From NCBI GenBank assembly GCA_025456175.1, contig JALOLC010000002.1, positions 1 to 37,530 of the forward strand: a DNA stretch of 37,530 bases, read 5' to 3'. Under the pieces are notes generated by a model. It was not told the DNA's origin and searched no databases. It worked only from the letters and a program-made list of their open reading frames with translations. Source of the DNA: Acidobacteriota bacterium (GTDB taxonomy: Bacteria > Acidobacteriota > Aminicenantia > UBA2199). The position numbers and the translations under genes are program-made. This document shows positions 18,122 to 27,607 of the stretch, in pieces. Numbering within the stretch: position 1 is the first letter of the stretch; each line of letters begins with the position of its first letter.

Positions 18122-19040
18122 ACCCTTTCCCGCCTTTTTTCCCGCGCGGATGGAACTGGTCATAGATGCGCTTCAGCTGGTCCTTGGCCAGATGGGTGTA
18201 GATCTCGGTGGTGGTGATCGAGGAATGGCCCAGCAGCATCTGCACCGAGCGCAGGTCGGCGCCCCTTTCCACCAGGTGGGTGGCGAACGAGTGGCGCAGA
18301 GCGTGCGGGGTCAATCGTGAGGAGATGCCGATCCGGGCCCCATGGCCCTTGATCATTTTCCACAGGCCTTGGCGGGTGAAGGGATTGCCGCCATAGTTGA
18401 CGAACATGTGCCCGGGATCGTCGTTCTTGACCAGGAGCGGCCGGGACTGTTCCAGATAGTTTTTCAGGCAACCGCGCGCAGCGTCGCTGAAGGGGACAAT
18501 GCGCTCCTTGCCGCCCTTGCCGCGCACACGCAGGAAGCCCTCGTCCATGTAGATGTCCGCCCGCTTCAGCTGCGCCGCCTCGGATATGCGCAAGCCAGTG
18601 GCTACCATCAGCTCCAGGATCGCCTTGTCCCGACAGCCAAGGGGAGTGGCCGCGTCAGGAGCAGCCAACAGCAAGGTGACCTCCTCCAGGGAGAGATACT
18701 TGGGCAAACGGGCCCACTTCTTGGGCAGGGCGACGGCGGCCACCGGGCTGAACTCGAGCAGGTCATCCTGGAGCAAGTAACGATAGAAGCTCTTCAGCAC
18801 CGAGATCAGGTGGGCCTGGGAGGAAACGGCACCCCCCTTGCGCCCCTCGTGGCGGATGAAGGCCAGGATCTCTTTTTCATCCAGGTGCAGACAGTCGCGG
18901 CGCAGGCGGGCCAGGTAGGCGAAAAATTTTCCCAGCTCGCGGCGATAGGAAAGGATGGTATTGGCGGCCAGCCCTCTCTCGAATTGCAGATGAGCCAGGA
19001 AGCGGTCAAGAAGCGAAGCCGCGGGTCTGGTCATGATCAA
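18120..19040 (-). CDS. xerD: Tyrosine recombinase XerD
   Basis: ERGLAANTILSYRR, RDKAILELM.ATGLRISE, GKGGKERIVP, TRQGLW, TPHALRHSFATHL, LLGHSS..TT.IYTH and HPR. Confidence 0.92.
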   Translation of the reverse strand: MIMTRPAASLLDRFLAHLQFERGLAANTILSYRRELGKFFAYLARLRRDCLHLDEKEILAFIRHEGRKGGAVSSQAHLISVLKSFYRYLLQDDLLEFSPVAAVALPKKWARLPKYLSLEEVTLLLAAPDAATPLGCRDKAILELMVATGLRISEAAQLKRADIYMDEGFLRVRGKGGKERIVPFSDAARGCLKNYLEQSRPLLVKNDDPGHMFVNYGGNPFTRQGLWKMIKGHGARIGISSRLTPHALRHSFATHLVERGADLRSVQMLLGHSSITTTEIYTHLAKDQLKRIYDQFHPRGKKGGKG

Positions 19041-19648
19041 AGATAGGGATTGTCTTTCAGCTCAATCTCCAGAACGCTGCCCTCGCCGTGGCCGGGGAGG
19101 ATGACCGTGGCGGCTGGGAACTCCCGGATCCTGGCCAGCGAGCGCTTGAGTTCCTCCTCGTCCCCTCCGGGCAGGTCGGTGCGTCCCACATCGTTCTTGA
19201 AGAGCGTGTCGCCGGTGAACAGCAGGCCGTCTCCGTAAAGCAGGATCGATCCCGGCGAATGGCCGGGGCTGTGGATGACCTTAAGTTCGAGCCCGTCCAG
19301 CGCCAGGACATCTCCGTCAAGCAGCAGGCGGTCCGCTGCCGGCGCCTTGACGCCGAACATGGCGGCCAGGCCGCGTCCGGCCGGCGAGCACATCAGCTTC
19401 TCATCGGCCGGATGGACCCACAGCGGCACGCCGAAGCGGCTGACCAGCGCCGCGGCGGCACCCAAATGATCGGGATGGGCGTGGGTCAGAACGACGGCCT
19501 GGGGGAGGAGCCTCGCTTCGGCGATCCGCGCCAGGATCTTCTCCGCTTCGGCGCCGGGATCGATAACGAAGCAATGGCGGCTGCCCGCGGCGAAGAAAAG
19601 GTAGCAGTTGGTTCCCAGGTCGCCGACCTCGAGGCTGAGGTAAGGCAT
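19037..19648 (-). CDS. MBL-fold metallo-hydrolase (glyoxalase II/YcbL-like)
   Basis: THAHPDH, PGHSPGS, GDTLF..DVGRTDLPGG and PGHG. Confidence 0.92.
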   Translation of the reverse strand: MPYLSLEVGDLGTNCYLFFAAGSRHCFVIDPGAEAEKILARIAEARLLPQAVVLTHAHPDHLGAAAALVSRFGVPLWVHPADEKLMCSPAGRGLAAMFGVKAPAADRLLLDGDVLALDGLELKVIHSPGHSPGSILLYGDGLLFTGDTLFKNDVGRTDLPGGDEEELKRSLARIREFPAATVILPGHGEGSVLEIELKDNPYL

Positions 19649-19651
19649 GGG

Positions 19652-20896
19652 TCAGGCTCCGTACTTTTTCAACTTCAGGGCGTTGGCCATCATCAGCGGC
19701 AAGACATCCAAGGCGTTGAAGTGGCCCAGGACTCCCCGGGCGCAGGCTGTTTCGCAGAACTTGGACCGCTGCGCGACCACGGCGGCTCTGCCCGGAGTTC
19801 TCCTGCCGGCGGGCATGATCCGCTGGAAGGCCGACTTGAGCAGCACCGGATTCGGATGCCAGGAGTGGCCCTTCATCAGGGCGGGGGTGGAATGGTCACC
19901 GGTGACGACCAGGACGTCGGGGGTGAGTTCGAGGATCTCCGGCAGCCAATGGTCGAACTCCTCGATGACCGCGACCTTGTGCGCGAAGTCGCCGTCCTCG
20001 CCGTAGGAATCGGTCTTCTTCACATGCAGGAAGAAGAAGTCGAAGTCGGCATAGTGCTGCTTGAGCGTCGCCGCCTGGTCCTGGATGGAGCGTCCTGTCT
20101 CGAGGATCTCCATGCCGACCAGCTGCGCCAGTCCCTTATACATTGGGTAGACGGCAATGGCCGCCGCCTTCAACTTGAACAGCTCGCCCATGGATGGGAT
20201 CGCCGGGTATTTCGCGAAACCGCGCAGCAGGCAGGTGTTGGCCGGGAGCTGCCCGGCCAGCTCGGATGTCAGGCGGTCGATGAAGCGGTTGACGATGCGC
20301 GCCGTTTTGGCGGCTTGCTCGTTCTTCGCCTGGGCGTACTTGAGCGGCAGGCCGGTCGCCTCGGGATCGGCGTCGGTCAGCTGGTCGCTCAAGCCGTCGG
20401 CAGTCAGCACCAGCACGAAGCGGTGCTCCTCGCCCGAGTAGAGTCGGACCTCGGCGTCATCGATCATCTTGATCCTTTCGCTCAACAAGGCGACGATCTC
20501 GCGGTTTTGCGCGGTGGGGATGCGTCCGGCGCGGCGGTCGGTGATCACGCCGTTCGCCAGGGTGGCGAAGTTGCCGCGCACGGCGACGCTCCTGGACTCG
20601 ACGGCGATCCCCACGCCCAGAGCCTCGAGAATGCCGCGGCCGATCTCATATTTCAGCGGGTCGTAGCCGAAGAGCGAAAGGTGGGCCGGGCCGCTGCCCG
20701 GGGTGATGCCGGGGGCGATGGGATGGCTCAGGCCCAGCTCGCTCTCGGCGGCCAGCAGGTCGAGGTTGGGGGTGTGGGCCGTCTCCAGCTCGGTCTTGCC
20801 GTTGACCGGCAGCCCGCCCAGGCCGTCCAGCACCAGCAGCACCATCTTCCTGTCGTTCTCCATGCTGATTTTCCTGAACAGTTCTTCTCGCTGCAT
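19652..20896 (-). CDS. apgM: 2,3-bisphosphoglycerate-independent phosphoglycerate mutase (ApgM type)
   Basis: LDGLGG, PGSGPAHLSLFGYDP, DRRAGRI, HVKKTDSYGEDG, TGDHSTP and HSWHP. Confidence 0.93.
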   Translation of the reverse strand: MQREELFRKISMENDRKMVLLVLDGLGGLPVNGKTELETAHTPNLDLLAAESELGLSHPIAPGITPGSGPAHLSLFGYDPLKYEIGRGILEALGVGIAVESRSVAVRGNFATLANGVITDRRAGRIPTAQNREIVALLSERIKMIDDAEVRLYSGEEHRFVLVLTADGLSDQLTDADPEATGLPLKYAQAKNEQAAKTARIVNRFIDRLTSELAGQLPANTCLLRGFAKYPAIPSMGELFKLKAAAIAVYPMYKGLAQLVGMEILETGRSIQDQAATLKQHYADFDFFFLHVKKTDSYGEDGDFAHKVAVIEEFDHWLPEILELTPDVLVVTGDHSTPALMKGHSWHPNPVLLKSAFQRIMPAGRRTPGRAAVVAQRSKFCETACARGVLGHFNALDVLPLMMANALKLKKYGA

Positions 20897-20990
20897 AGTG
20901 GCTCCTGCTTCAATTATCGCCGCAAAACGGAATTAAGGCAAGCGGGGATGCGCCGCTGTCGGAGGGGAACCGCGGCGATGATCGAGGTCG

Positions 20991-21935
20991 CTATTGCTCT
21001 TCGCCGCAGTAGGGGCAGACCTTGACGCGGCGGCCGGTCGCCTTGCGGCAGTTCCAGCAGACGGAATCGGTGCGGCTCTCGCGGGCCTGGATGCGCTTCT
21101 GGATGTCCTTCAGCTCGCTGGTGTAGTCATGGTTCTTCTTGCCCAGGCGCTCCAGGTCGTTCAGCACGTCGCCGGCATGGGCGTAGCGCTGCTTGAGATC
21201 GGGAGCCAGGGTCTTCATGATCAGCCAGTTCAGCTCGGCTGAGACCTGGGAGTTCTTCTGAGCCAGCGGCGTGAACTGGGCGGCCTTGGCCCGCTTGTAG
21301 ATCTCCATGGGATTGGCCAGAATGATGGGCGGGAAGCCGGTCACCATCTCGTAGAAGAGGCTGCCCGCCGAATAGATGTCCGAGGCGAACACCGCCTTGC
21401 CCTCGAACTGTTCCGGAGCCATGTAGGGCGGCGAGCCGATCTTGGTGGTGGCGAACTGCTTATCCTGCAGCAGCGTCGAGGTGCCGAAATCGGCGATCTT
21501 GACGTCGTCATCCATGTTGATCATGATATTGGAGGGGCGGATGTCGCGGTGGATCACCGATTTCTGGTGGGCGAAGGCCAGCGCCGACAGGATCTGCTTG
21601 AAGTACTTCAGGGCGGCCTTGATCTCCAGGGAGCTGGACTTGTCCAGGATCTTCTCCAAATCGGTGCCCTCGATAAACTCCATGACCATGATCAGGATGT
21701 TGTCGATGATGTCGACGGTCAGGAGTTTGACGATATGGGGATGGTCCAGGAGCCGGGTCTGCAGGACCGACTCCTGAATCAGTTTGTCGGCCTGGCTGCT
21801 GGTGCGGTGAGGGATCTTCAGCGCCCGCTGGCACCTGAGGATCGTGTCCTCGGCCAGGTAGACCGTGCCGAAGCCGCCGCTGCCCAGTTTCCTCAGGATC
21901 CGGTACTTGCCGATCTGTCCTTTCAGCTCAATCAT
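20991..21935 (-). CDS. Hanks-type Ser/Thr protein kinase with C-terminal zinc ribbon
   Basis: LGSGGFGTVY, ALK, HRDIRPSN, DFG, YMAPE and SDIYS motifs, plus C-terminal CWNC..CPYC. Start is probably ATG 21935. Confidence 0.92.
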   Translation of the reverse strand: MIELKGQIGKYRILRKLGSGGFGTVYLAEDTILRCQRALKIPHRTSSQADKLIQESVLQTRLLDHPHIVKLLTVDIIDNILIMVMEFIEGTDLEKILDKSSSLEIKAALKYFKQILSALAFAHQKSVIHRDIRPSNIMINMDDDVKIADFGTSTLLQDKQFATTKIGSPPYMAPEQFEGKAVFASDIYSAGSLFYEMVTGFPPIILANPMEIYKRAKAAQFTPLAQKNSQVSAELNWLIMKTLAPDLKQRYAHAGDVLNDLERLGKKNHDYTSELKDIQKRIQARESRTDSVCWNCRKATGRRVKVCPYCGEEQ

Positions 21936-22025
21936 TTCTCGGCATGGCGGCCGGGGCCGCGGCTCTGTTCCTGGCTGCGTGGTTCTCCGCTGTTCGCCGC
22001 GCAAGAGCAAAGCGCCGCTCGCCCA

Positions 22026-23129
22026 TCAGTTGACCCGGTCGCCCTCGACCGCGTGCTGGCCCTTCCCGGCTTCGATCTCCCGCAGCTGGCGGAACAGCTC
22101 GCTTTCCTGGCGGGTGAGATTGCGTGGCGTGACCACCTGTACCTGGACCAGCAGGTCGCCGCGGCTCCAGCGGTTCACCTGGCGGAAGCCCTTGTTCTTG
22201 ATCTTCAATATATGACCGTTCTGGGTCCCGGCGGGAATCTTGATCTTTTCCGCGCCCTCGAAGGTCTCGGCGCTGACCAGATCGCCGAGCGCCGCCTGCG
22301 AGAAGCTGATCGGCAATTGGAGCAGCAGGTCCTGGCCGTGGCGCTGGAAGCGCGGGTCGGGCTTCACGCGCACCACGACATACAAATCGCCGGGAGCCCC
22401 TCCCTGCCGTCCGCCTTCTCCCTCGCCGGCGACGCGCAAGCGGTTGCCCTCGTCGATCCCGGCCGGGAAGGAAACCTTGATCTTCTTGCTTTCGCGCTGC
22501 CGTCCCAGGCCGCGGCATTTCGCGCAGGCATGGGTGATGACCTTGCCCCTGCCGCTGCAGGAAGGGCAGGCCGTGGCCATGGAGAAGAAGCCCTGGCTGA
22601 CACGGACGCTGCCGCTGCCGCCGCATTTGCGGCAGGTCTCGGCATCGTGCCCCGGGGCGCTTCCCGAGCCGTCGCAGGCATCGCAGTTCCTCTCGCGCTC
22701 GACCTCGATCTCCCGCTCAATGCCCAGGAAGGTTTCTTCCAGCGTCAGCGTCACTTCGAGCCCGAGGTCGCTTCCCTTGCGCGGGCCGCGGCGCTGACGC
22801 CCGCCGGCGAACCCCCCGCCAAAGCCGAACATGTCGCCCAGAATATCGCCGAAGTCGGAAAAAATCGAATCGGAAAAGAAGCCGAAATCAGAGCCGCCGC
22901 CCGCGCGCAGGCCCTCGATCCCGTACTGGTCATACACCTGCCGCTTTTCACTGTTGCCCAAGACCGAGTAGGCCTCGGAGGCCTCCTTGAACCTTTCCTC
23001 GGCCTCGGGGTTGTCGCGGTTGCGGTCGGGATGGTGCTGCAGGGCGAGCTTGCGGTAGGCCTTCTTGATCTCCTCGGCGCTGGCGGTGCGGCTGCAGCCC
23101 AATACCTGGTAGTAGTCTTTTTTGGCCAT
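22026..23129 (-). CDS. dnaJ: Chaperone DnaJ
   Basis: J-domain with HPD, G/F region and four CxxCxGxG repeats. Confidence 0.96.
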   Translation of the reverse strand: MAKKDYYQVLGCSRTASAEEIKKAYRKLALQHHPDRNRDNPEAEERFKEASEAYSVLGNSEKRQVYDQYGIEGLRAGGGSDFGFFSDSIFSDFGDILGDMFGFGGGFAGGRQRRGPRKGSDLGLEVTLTLEETFLGIEREIEVERERNCDACDGSGSAPGHDAETCRKCGGSGSVRVSQGFFSMATACPSCSGRGKVITHACAKCRGLGRQRESKKIKVSFPAGIDEGNRLRVAGEGEGGRQGGAPGDLYVVVRVKPDPRFQRHGQDLLLQLPISFSQAALGDLVSAETFEGAEKIKIPAGTQNGHILKIKNKGFRQVNRWSRGDLLVQVQVVTPRNLTRQESELFRQLREIEAGKGQHAVEGDRVN

Positions 23130-23135
23130 GGCGGG

Positions 23136-24950
23136 TTACTTGGAGAACTCCGAGGTCAGGATGGAATTGATCACGTTACGGTAGTTCTTCATTTTTTTCA
23201 GCAGGGTTTCCAGGAGGGCCATGTCGTCGCCCTTCAGGGCCTCCTCGCAGCGGCTGATCAAGGCATCAATCTCGGCGCCGTCGTGGGGGCTCAGCTTCTC
23301 GATGTAGCGCTGGTAGTAGAACTTGACGGTTTCCCATTCCTCCTTCAGCTGCAGTTTGTCCCTGACCAGGCGCAACTCGTTGCGGTCTTGCTCCTCGTAT
23401 TTCTTGGCGTCCTCGACGATCTTCTCGATCTCCTCGGGGGAGAGGCCGCTGGCGGGCTGGATCTTCATGCTCTGGGTGAGCCCGGTGGCCTTGTCCTGGG
23501 CCGAGACGCGGACGATGCCGTTGGCATCGATTTCAAACGTGACGTCGATCTGGGGAATGCCTCTCAGCGACTGGGGGATGCCGACTAGGTTGAAGAATCC
23601 CAGCGACTTGTTGCCCGAAGCGGTCGAACGCTCCCCCTGCAGCACGTGGATCTTGACGGTGGTCTGGTTGTCGGTGATGGTGGTAAAGATCATCGATTTC
23701 TTGGTGGGGATGGTGGAGTTGCGTTCGATGATCCGGGTGAAGCTGTCCCCCTTGGTCTCCACCCCCAGCGAGAGGGGGGTGACGTCCAGCAGCAAGAGGT
23801 CGCGCACCTTGCCCCTGATGATCTCGGACTGCAGGGCCGCCCCTTGGGCGACGGCTTCCTCGGGGTTGATCTGGATGTCGGGGGGCTTGCCGAAAAACGC
23901 CGACATCTTGGCGAAAATGAGGGGCATGCGGCTTTGGCCGCCCACCAGCACGACGCGCTCGATCTGCTCGGGCTTAACCTGGATGTCGTTCAGCGAGGTG
24001 CGGATGAGCTCCTGGGTGCGCTCAATGTAGTCCATGGTGAACGACTCCAGGTGCGAGCGGGTGAGCTTCTTCTGAAAATGATAGTTTGTGCCATCGTTGA
24101 AATGGTGCAGGTAGGGGATGGAGATCAACGTCTCCTGGTCGAACGAAAGTTCGATCTTGGCCTTCTCGGCAATCTGGATCACCCGCTGCACGACATCCCG
24201 GCTGTCGCGCAGGTCGACCGTGGTTTCGCGTTCGACTTCGTGGAAAATCCAGTCGCAGATCTGGGCGTCGAAATCGCTGCCGCCCAGAAACGTATCGCCC
24301 AGCGTGGAGACGACCTTGTAGATGTCGCCGTTGACCTCGACGATGGAGATGTCGAACGTACCGCCACCCAAGTCATAGACCGCGTACAGGCCGTTTTTCT
24401 TGATCTTCTGCCCGTAGGCGATCAAGGCCGCCGTGGGCTCGTTGATGATGCGCGTGATGTTCAAGCCGGCGATCTCGCCGGCCACCTTGGTGGCCTGACG
24501 CTGGGCATCGTTGAAGAAGGCGGGCACGGTGATGACCGTGTCGCCCAACGCCTCGCCAAGGTAGTTCTCGGCAATGCCCTTCAAATAGCCCAGGAACATG
24601 CCGGAAATCTCCTCGGTGGAATACAGGCTGTCTCCCATCTTGATCTTGATGTCGCCGTTGGCGGCCTCGACCAGGTCGTAGCCCACCCGCTTGCTGATCT
24701 CCCTGACCTCGGGGCTGTTGAACTTGCGGCCGATCAGGCGCTTGATTCCCCAGATGGTGTTCCGGCTGTTGGTGATCGCCTGCCGCTTGGCGGCGTTGCC
24801 GAAGATCCGCTTCTTTTCGTGGGTCTGGGCGATGACCGTCGGGATGACGCGGGCGCCTTCGGGATTGGGGACGATCAGCGCCTCCCGCCCCTCCAGGTAG
24901 CTGATGCAGGAGTTGGTTGTCCCCAGGTCAATGCCGATGTTCTTGGGCAT
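23136..24950 (-). CDS. dnaK: Hsp70 chaperone DnaK (divergent, short C-terminal tail)
   Basis: GIDLGTTNS, TVPAFFND.QRQAT, YDLGGGTFD, LVGGQSRMP and LLDVTPLSLG. Confidence 0.93.
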   Translation of the reverse strand: MPKNIGIDLGTTNSCISYLEGREALIVPNPEGARVIPTVIAQTHEKKRIFGNAAKRQAITNSRNTIWGIKRLIGRKFNSPEVREISKRVGYDLVEAANGDIKIKMGDSLYSTEEISGMFLGYLKGIAENYLGEALGDTVITVPAFFNDAQRQATKVAGEIAGLNITRIINEPTAALIAYGQKIKKNGLYAVYDLGGGTFDISIVEVNGDIYKVVSTLGDTFLGGSDFDAQICDWIFHEVERETTVDLRDSRDVVQRVIQIAEKAKIELSFDQETLISIPYLHHFNDGTNYHFQKKLTRSHLESFTMDYIERTQELIRTSLNDIQVKPEQIERVVLVGGQSRMPLIFAKMSAFFGKPPDIQINPEEAVAQGAALQSEIIRGKVRDLLLLDVTPLSLGVETKGDSFTRIIERNSTIPTKKSMIFTTITDNQTTVKIHVLQGERSTASGNKSLGFFNLVGIPQSLRGIPQIDVTFEIDANGIVRVSAQDKATGLTQSMKIQPASGLSPEEIEKIVEDAKKYEEQDRNELRLVRDKLQLKEEWETVKFYYQRYIEKLSPHDGAEIDALISRCEEALKGDDMALLETLLKKMKNYRNVINSILTSEFSK

Positions 24951-25597
24951 CAGGAGCTGGAAGCGGCTTCCGCCGGCGGGTTTTTCACGGCCGGGACCGC
25001 CACCTTGGTCAGGACTGGACGCAGCAGCTTGTCGTTGTAGGTGAAGCCCTTCTGGTAGACCTCGATGACCACCGGCTTGCTGATGCCCTCCCGCTCCTCC
25101 TTGCTCAGGGCCTCGTGGAAAGCGGGATCGAAGTGTTTGCCCAGCGCGTCGATCTCAAGCACCTGGTATTTTTTCAGCAGCTCCAGGAACTGCCTGCGGA
25201 TCATCTCTACACCGGAGACGATCCCCTTCTCCTGCTCGCCCGTCTTCGCCTTCAGCGCCCGCTCCAGGTTGTCATAAATCTGCAGCAGGTCGACCAGAAA
25301 TTCGGTCAACACGTAGCGCTGATGGTCTTCCTTCTCCTTCTTCATGCGTTTGCGGAAATTGTCTATCTCGGCGAGGCCGCGCAGGTACTTGTCCTTGAAT
25401 TCATCGCGTTCGGTCAGGGTTTTCTTGAGAATGTCCTCGGGTTCGGGCGTCCTGGGCACGTGTCTTTTTTGGACGCCTCTGCGCCTATGCGCCAGATCGT
25501 CATGGGGCCGCTTCTCCGGGGCCTTCACTTCGTCCCCGTCCGGCTCTTTCTCATCCGGCACGTAGCCAATGCCTTCCTTGTCTTCATCCGTCGCCAT
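24950..25597 (-). CDS. grpE: Nucleotide exchange factor GrpE
   Basis: YLRGLAEIDNFRKR, DNLERA, FDPAFHEA and QKGF....LLRP..KV; GAGGGG RBS before ATG 25597. Confidence 0.93.
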   Translation of the reverse strand: MATDEDKEGIGYVPDEKEPDGDEVKAPEKRPHDDLAHRRRGVQKRHVPRTPEPEDILKKTLTERDEFKDKYLRGLAEIDNFRKRMKKEKEDHQRYVLTEFLVDLLQIYDNLERALKAKTGEQEKGIVSGVEMIRRQFLELLKKYQVLEIDALGKHFDPAFHEALSKEEREGISKPVVIEVYQKGFTYNDKLLRPVLTKVAVPAVKNPPAEAASSS

Positions 25598-25698
25598 ATA
25601 CCCCTCGCTGTGGCCACCGCGGCCGGCACTCGGCGCCCAGCGGGCGGAAAACGGCACCGCTGCCCAACACACACCGCGTTCTGGGCGACCTGCGAAAA

Positions 25699-25727
25699 AT
25701 TCTAATATAACCAGGACCGTTTGTCAA
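25699..25727 (-). promoter_or_regulatory. Sigma70-type promoter of the grpE-dnaK-dnaJ operon
   Basis: Minus strand TTGACA (25727-25722), 17-bp spacer, TAGAAT (25704-25699). Confidence 0.7.
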
Positions 25728-25755
25728 TTTCGGCAAATCCGGGGGAGCGCGCCCT

Positions 25756-25780
25756 GCCGGCGCCGGCGCCGGCGCCGGCG
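25756..25780. repeat. (GCCGGC)4 tandem repeat
   Basis: Four perfect copies of a palindromic hexamer in the divergent intergenic region. Confidence 0.85.
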
Positions 25781-25816
25781 ATTGCGCCCTGGGTCGATCT
25801 GTGGTATTTTATCCCC

Positions 25817-26182
25817 ATGGCCGTTTCCGTCCGGACCCGCGCAGGAGAGGATCGCGTAAACAGGAGAAGGGAGAACCCCCTGCTTCAGTCGCGGGGCCTT
25901 GCCCTGCTGCTGGCGTTCTTCCTTTTCATCCTGATCCTGGCCTTCGTGTTCGGCGACCACGGCATGGTCGAGATCATCCGCACCCAGAGGGAGATTCGCA
26001 AGCTGCAGACGACCATCCGCGAATTGGAGATGCGCAAGGAGCGGCTGCTGCGGGAGATCTCGTTGCTGCAGGAAAATCCCCTGGCGCTGGAGAAGAAAGC
26101 GCGCGAAAATCTCTGGTTGATGAAAAAGAACGAAAAGGTCGTGGTCCTGGCCCCGGAGATAAAGGAGACACCCCATGAGTAA
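25817..26182 (+). CDS. ftsB: Septum formation initiator FtsB/DivIC family
   Basis: TM helix, FGDHG, coiled coil and LEKKARENL..MKKNE motif. The start is uncertain (ATG 25817 follows TGGTATTTT). Confidence 0.82.
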   Translation: MAVSVRTRAGEDRVNRRRENPLLQSRGLALLLAFFLFILILAFVFGDHGMVEIIRTQREIRKLQTTIRELEMRKERLLREISLLQENPLALEKKARENLWLMKKNEKVVVLAPEIKETPHE

Positions 26183-27017
26183 AGTGAAAACCGTCGTACT
26201 GCTTGGCGCCCTGACCGGGATTCTCCTGTTCATCGGCGGCCTGGCCGGAGGGCGGTCGGGCATGCTGATCGCCCTCATCATGGCCGGGACGATGAACTTT
26301 GTGTCCTACTGGTTCTCCGACAAGATCGTCTTGAAAATCTACGGAGCCAGCGCGCTGAACGAGAGCGAGGCTCCGCGCCTGTACGCCATGGTCCGCGAGC
26401 TGTGCCAGCGGGCGCAGGTCCCCATGCCCGCCATGTATGTCTTCGAACAGGATTCACCCAATGCCTTCGCCACCGGCCGCAATCCGCAAAAAGCGGTCAT
26501 CGCGCTGTCGCGGGGCATCTTGAAGCTGCTCAGCGAGGAGGAACTCAAGGGGGTGATCGCCCACGAGCTGACCCACGTGCTGAACCGCGACACGCTGCTG
26601 CAGACCGTCGCCGCCACCTTGGCCGGGGCCATCATGTTCCTGGCCTACCAGGCCCGCTGGTTTGGCGTTTTCGCCGGCGGCCGCGACGACGACGAACGCG
26701 GCGGGATCCTGGGCTTGATGCTCATGGCCATCCTGGCACCGCTGGCGGCCAGCCTCATCCAGATGGCCATCTCACGCTCGCGCGAATACAAGGCCGACGA
26801 GGGCGCCGCCCGGCTGACCCACCATCCCGAGGGACTGGCTTCGGCCCTGGAAAAGTTATCGGCCTATTCCACGCGTCTGCCGCTGCCGGCGACCGGGCAG
26901 ACCGCCCACCTCTTCATTGTTTCCCCCTTGAGCGGCAGGAGCCTGATGAACCTCTTTTCGACCCATCCGCCGATCGCGGAACGAGTGGCCCGCCTTAGGG
27001 CCATGCGCCTGGCCTAG
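26175..27017 (+). CDS. htpX: Zinc metalloprotease HtpX
   Basis: PNAFATGRNP, HELTH, ISRSREY.AD and FSTHPP. Confidence 0.95.
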   Translation: MSKVKTVVLLGALTGILLFIGGLAGGRSGMLIALIMAGTMNFVSYWFSDKIVLKIYGASALNESEAPRLYAMVRELCQRAQVPMPAMYVFEQDSPNAFATGRNPQKAVIALSRGILKLLSEEELKGVIAHELTHVLNRDTLLQTVAATLAGAIMFLAYQARWFGVFAGGRDDDERGGILGLMLMAILAPLAASLIQMAISRSREYKADEGAARLTHHPEGLASALEKLSAYSTRLPLPATGQTAHLFIVSPLSGRSLMNLFSTHPPIAERVARLRAMRLA

Positions 27018-27034
27018 GGGGACTTGCGCCGGTT

Positions 27035-27499
27035 TCAGACCTGGGTGGTCAGGAAGATGGCCGTTCCCATGTGCCCCAGCTGGTCCTGCAGCTCCTCGAT
27101 CTTGTCGATGTGGGCATCCTCTTCGTTCAGGATTTTCTCCAGGACCTCGCGCGTGGCGAAGTCGGCCAGTTCGCCGGCCAGCTTGATGGCCTGGTTGTAG
27201 GCCACGATGGCTTCGCTTTCCGAAGCATGGTCGCTGGCCAGCTGTTTGGTGATGTCGGCCCCGATTGAGATCTTCTTCAGCGAGCTGACTATGGGCAGCC
27301 CCTCCAGGAAGAGGATGCGGCCAATGAGCTTCTCGGCGTGCTTCATTTCGTCGATGGCCCGCTTTTCAAAATGCTTGTGCAGCTTCTCGTAGCCCCAGTT
27401 GGCATTCATCTCCGAATGCACCATGTATTGATTGATGGCCGTCAGCTCATCGGCCAACAGTGCATTCAGCGTCATGATCAGTTTTTTATTGCCCTTCAT
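27035..27499 (-). CDS. bfr: Bacterioferritin
   Basis: ADELTAINQY, DEMKHA, RILFLEG and EEDAHID. Confidence 0.93.
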   Translation of the reverse strand: MKGNKKLIMTLNALLADELTAINQYMVHSEMNANWGYEKLHKHFEKRAIDEMKHAEKLIGRILFLEGLPIVSSLKKISIGADITKQLASDHASESEAIVAYNQAIKLAGELADFATREVLEKILNEEDAHIDKIEELQDQLGHMGTAIFLTTQV

Positions 27500-27607
27500 C
27501 CGGACCTCCGTTGCCTGATTGGCTCCCGCAGGCTATCGGCTTGCGGGCAACGTCATTGTACGATGATGGACTGAGAATGTAAAGGCCCCGGCGCAGCGGT
27601 CGGCGGT

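Noticed and set aside
18120-19040. XerD as the integrase of the mcm islets or as an integron integrase
   Set aside because: It has a typical housekeeping XerD sequence in a host-like operon 15 kb away. No IntI-specific insertion is evident and no dif-like site was recognised at the repeats.
19088-25040. Long plus-strand ORFs (19088-21025, 21549-23588, 23646-25040; likewise 3249-4559, 32012-33145)
   Set aside because: These are antisense shadows of well-conserved genes, caused by high GC3, and have no recognisable motifs.
25623-25650. CIRCE element upstream of grpE
   Set aside because: Only a GCACTC half-site is present; the second arm (GAGTGCTAA) is absent.
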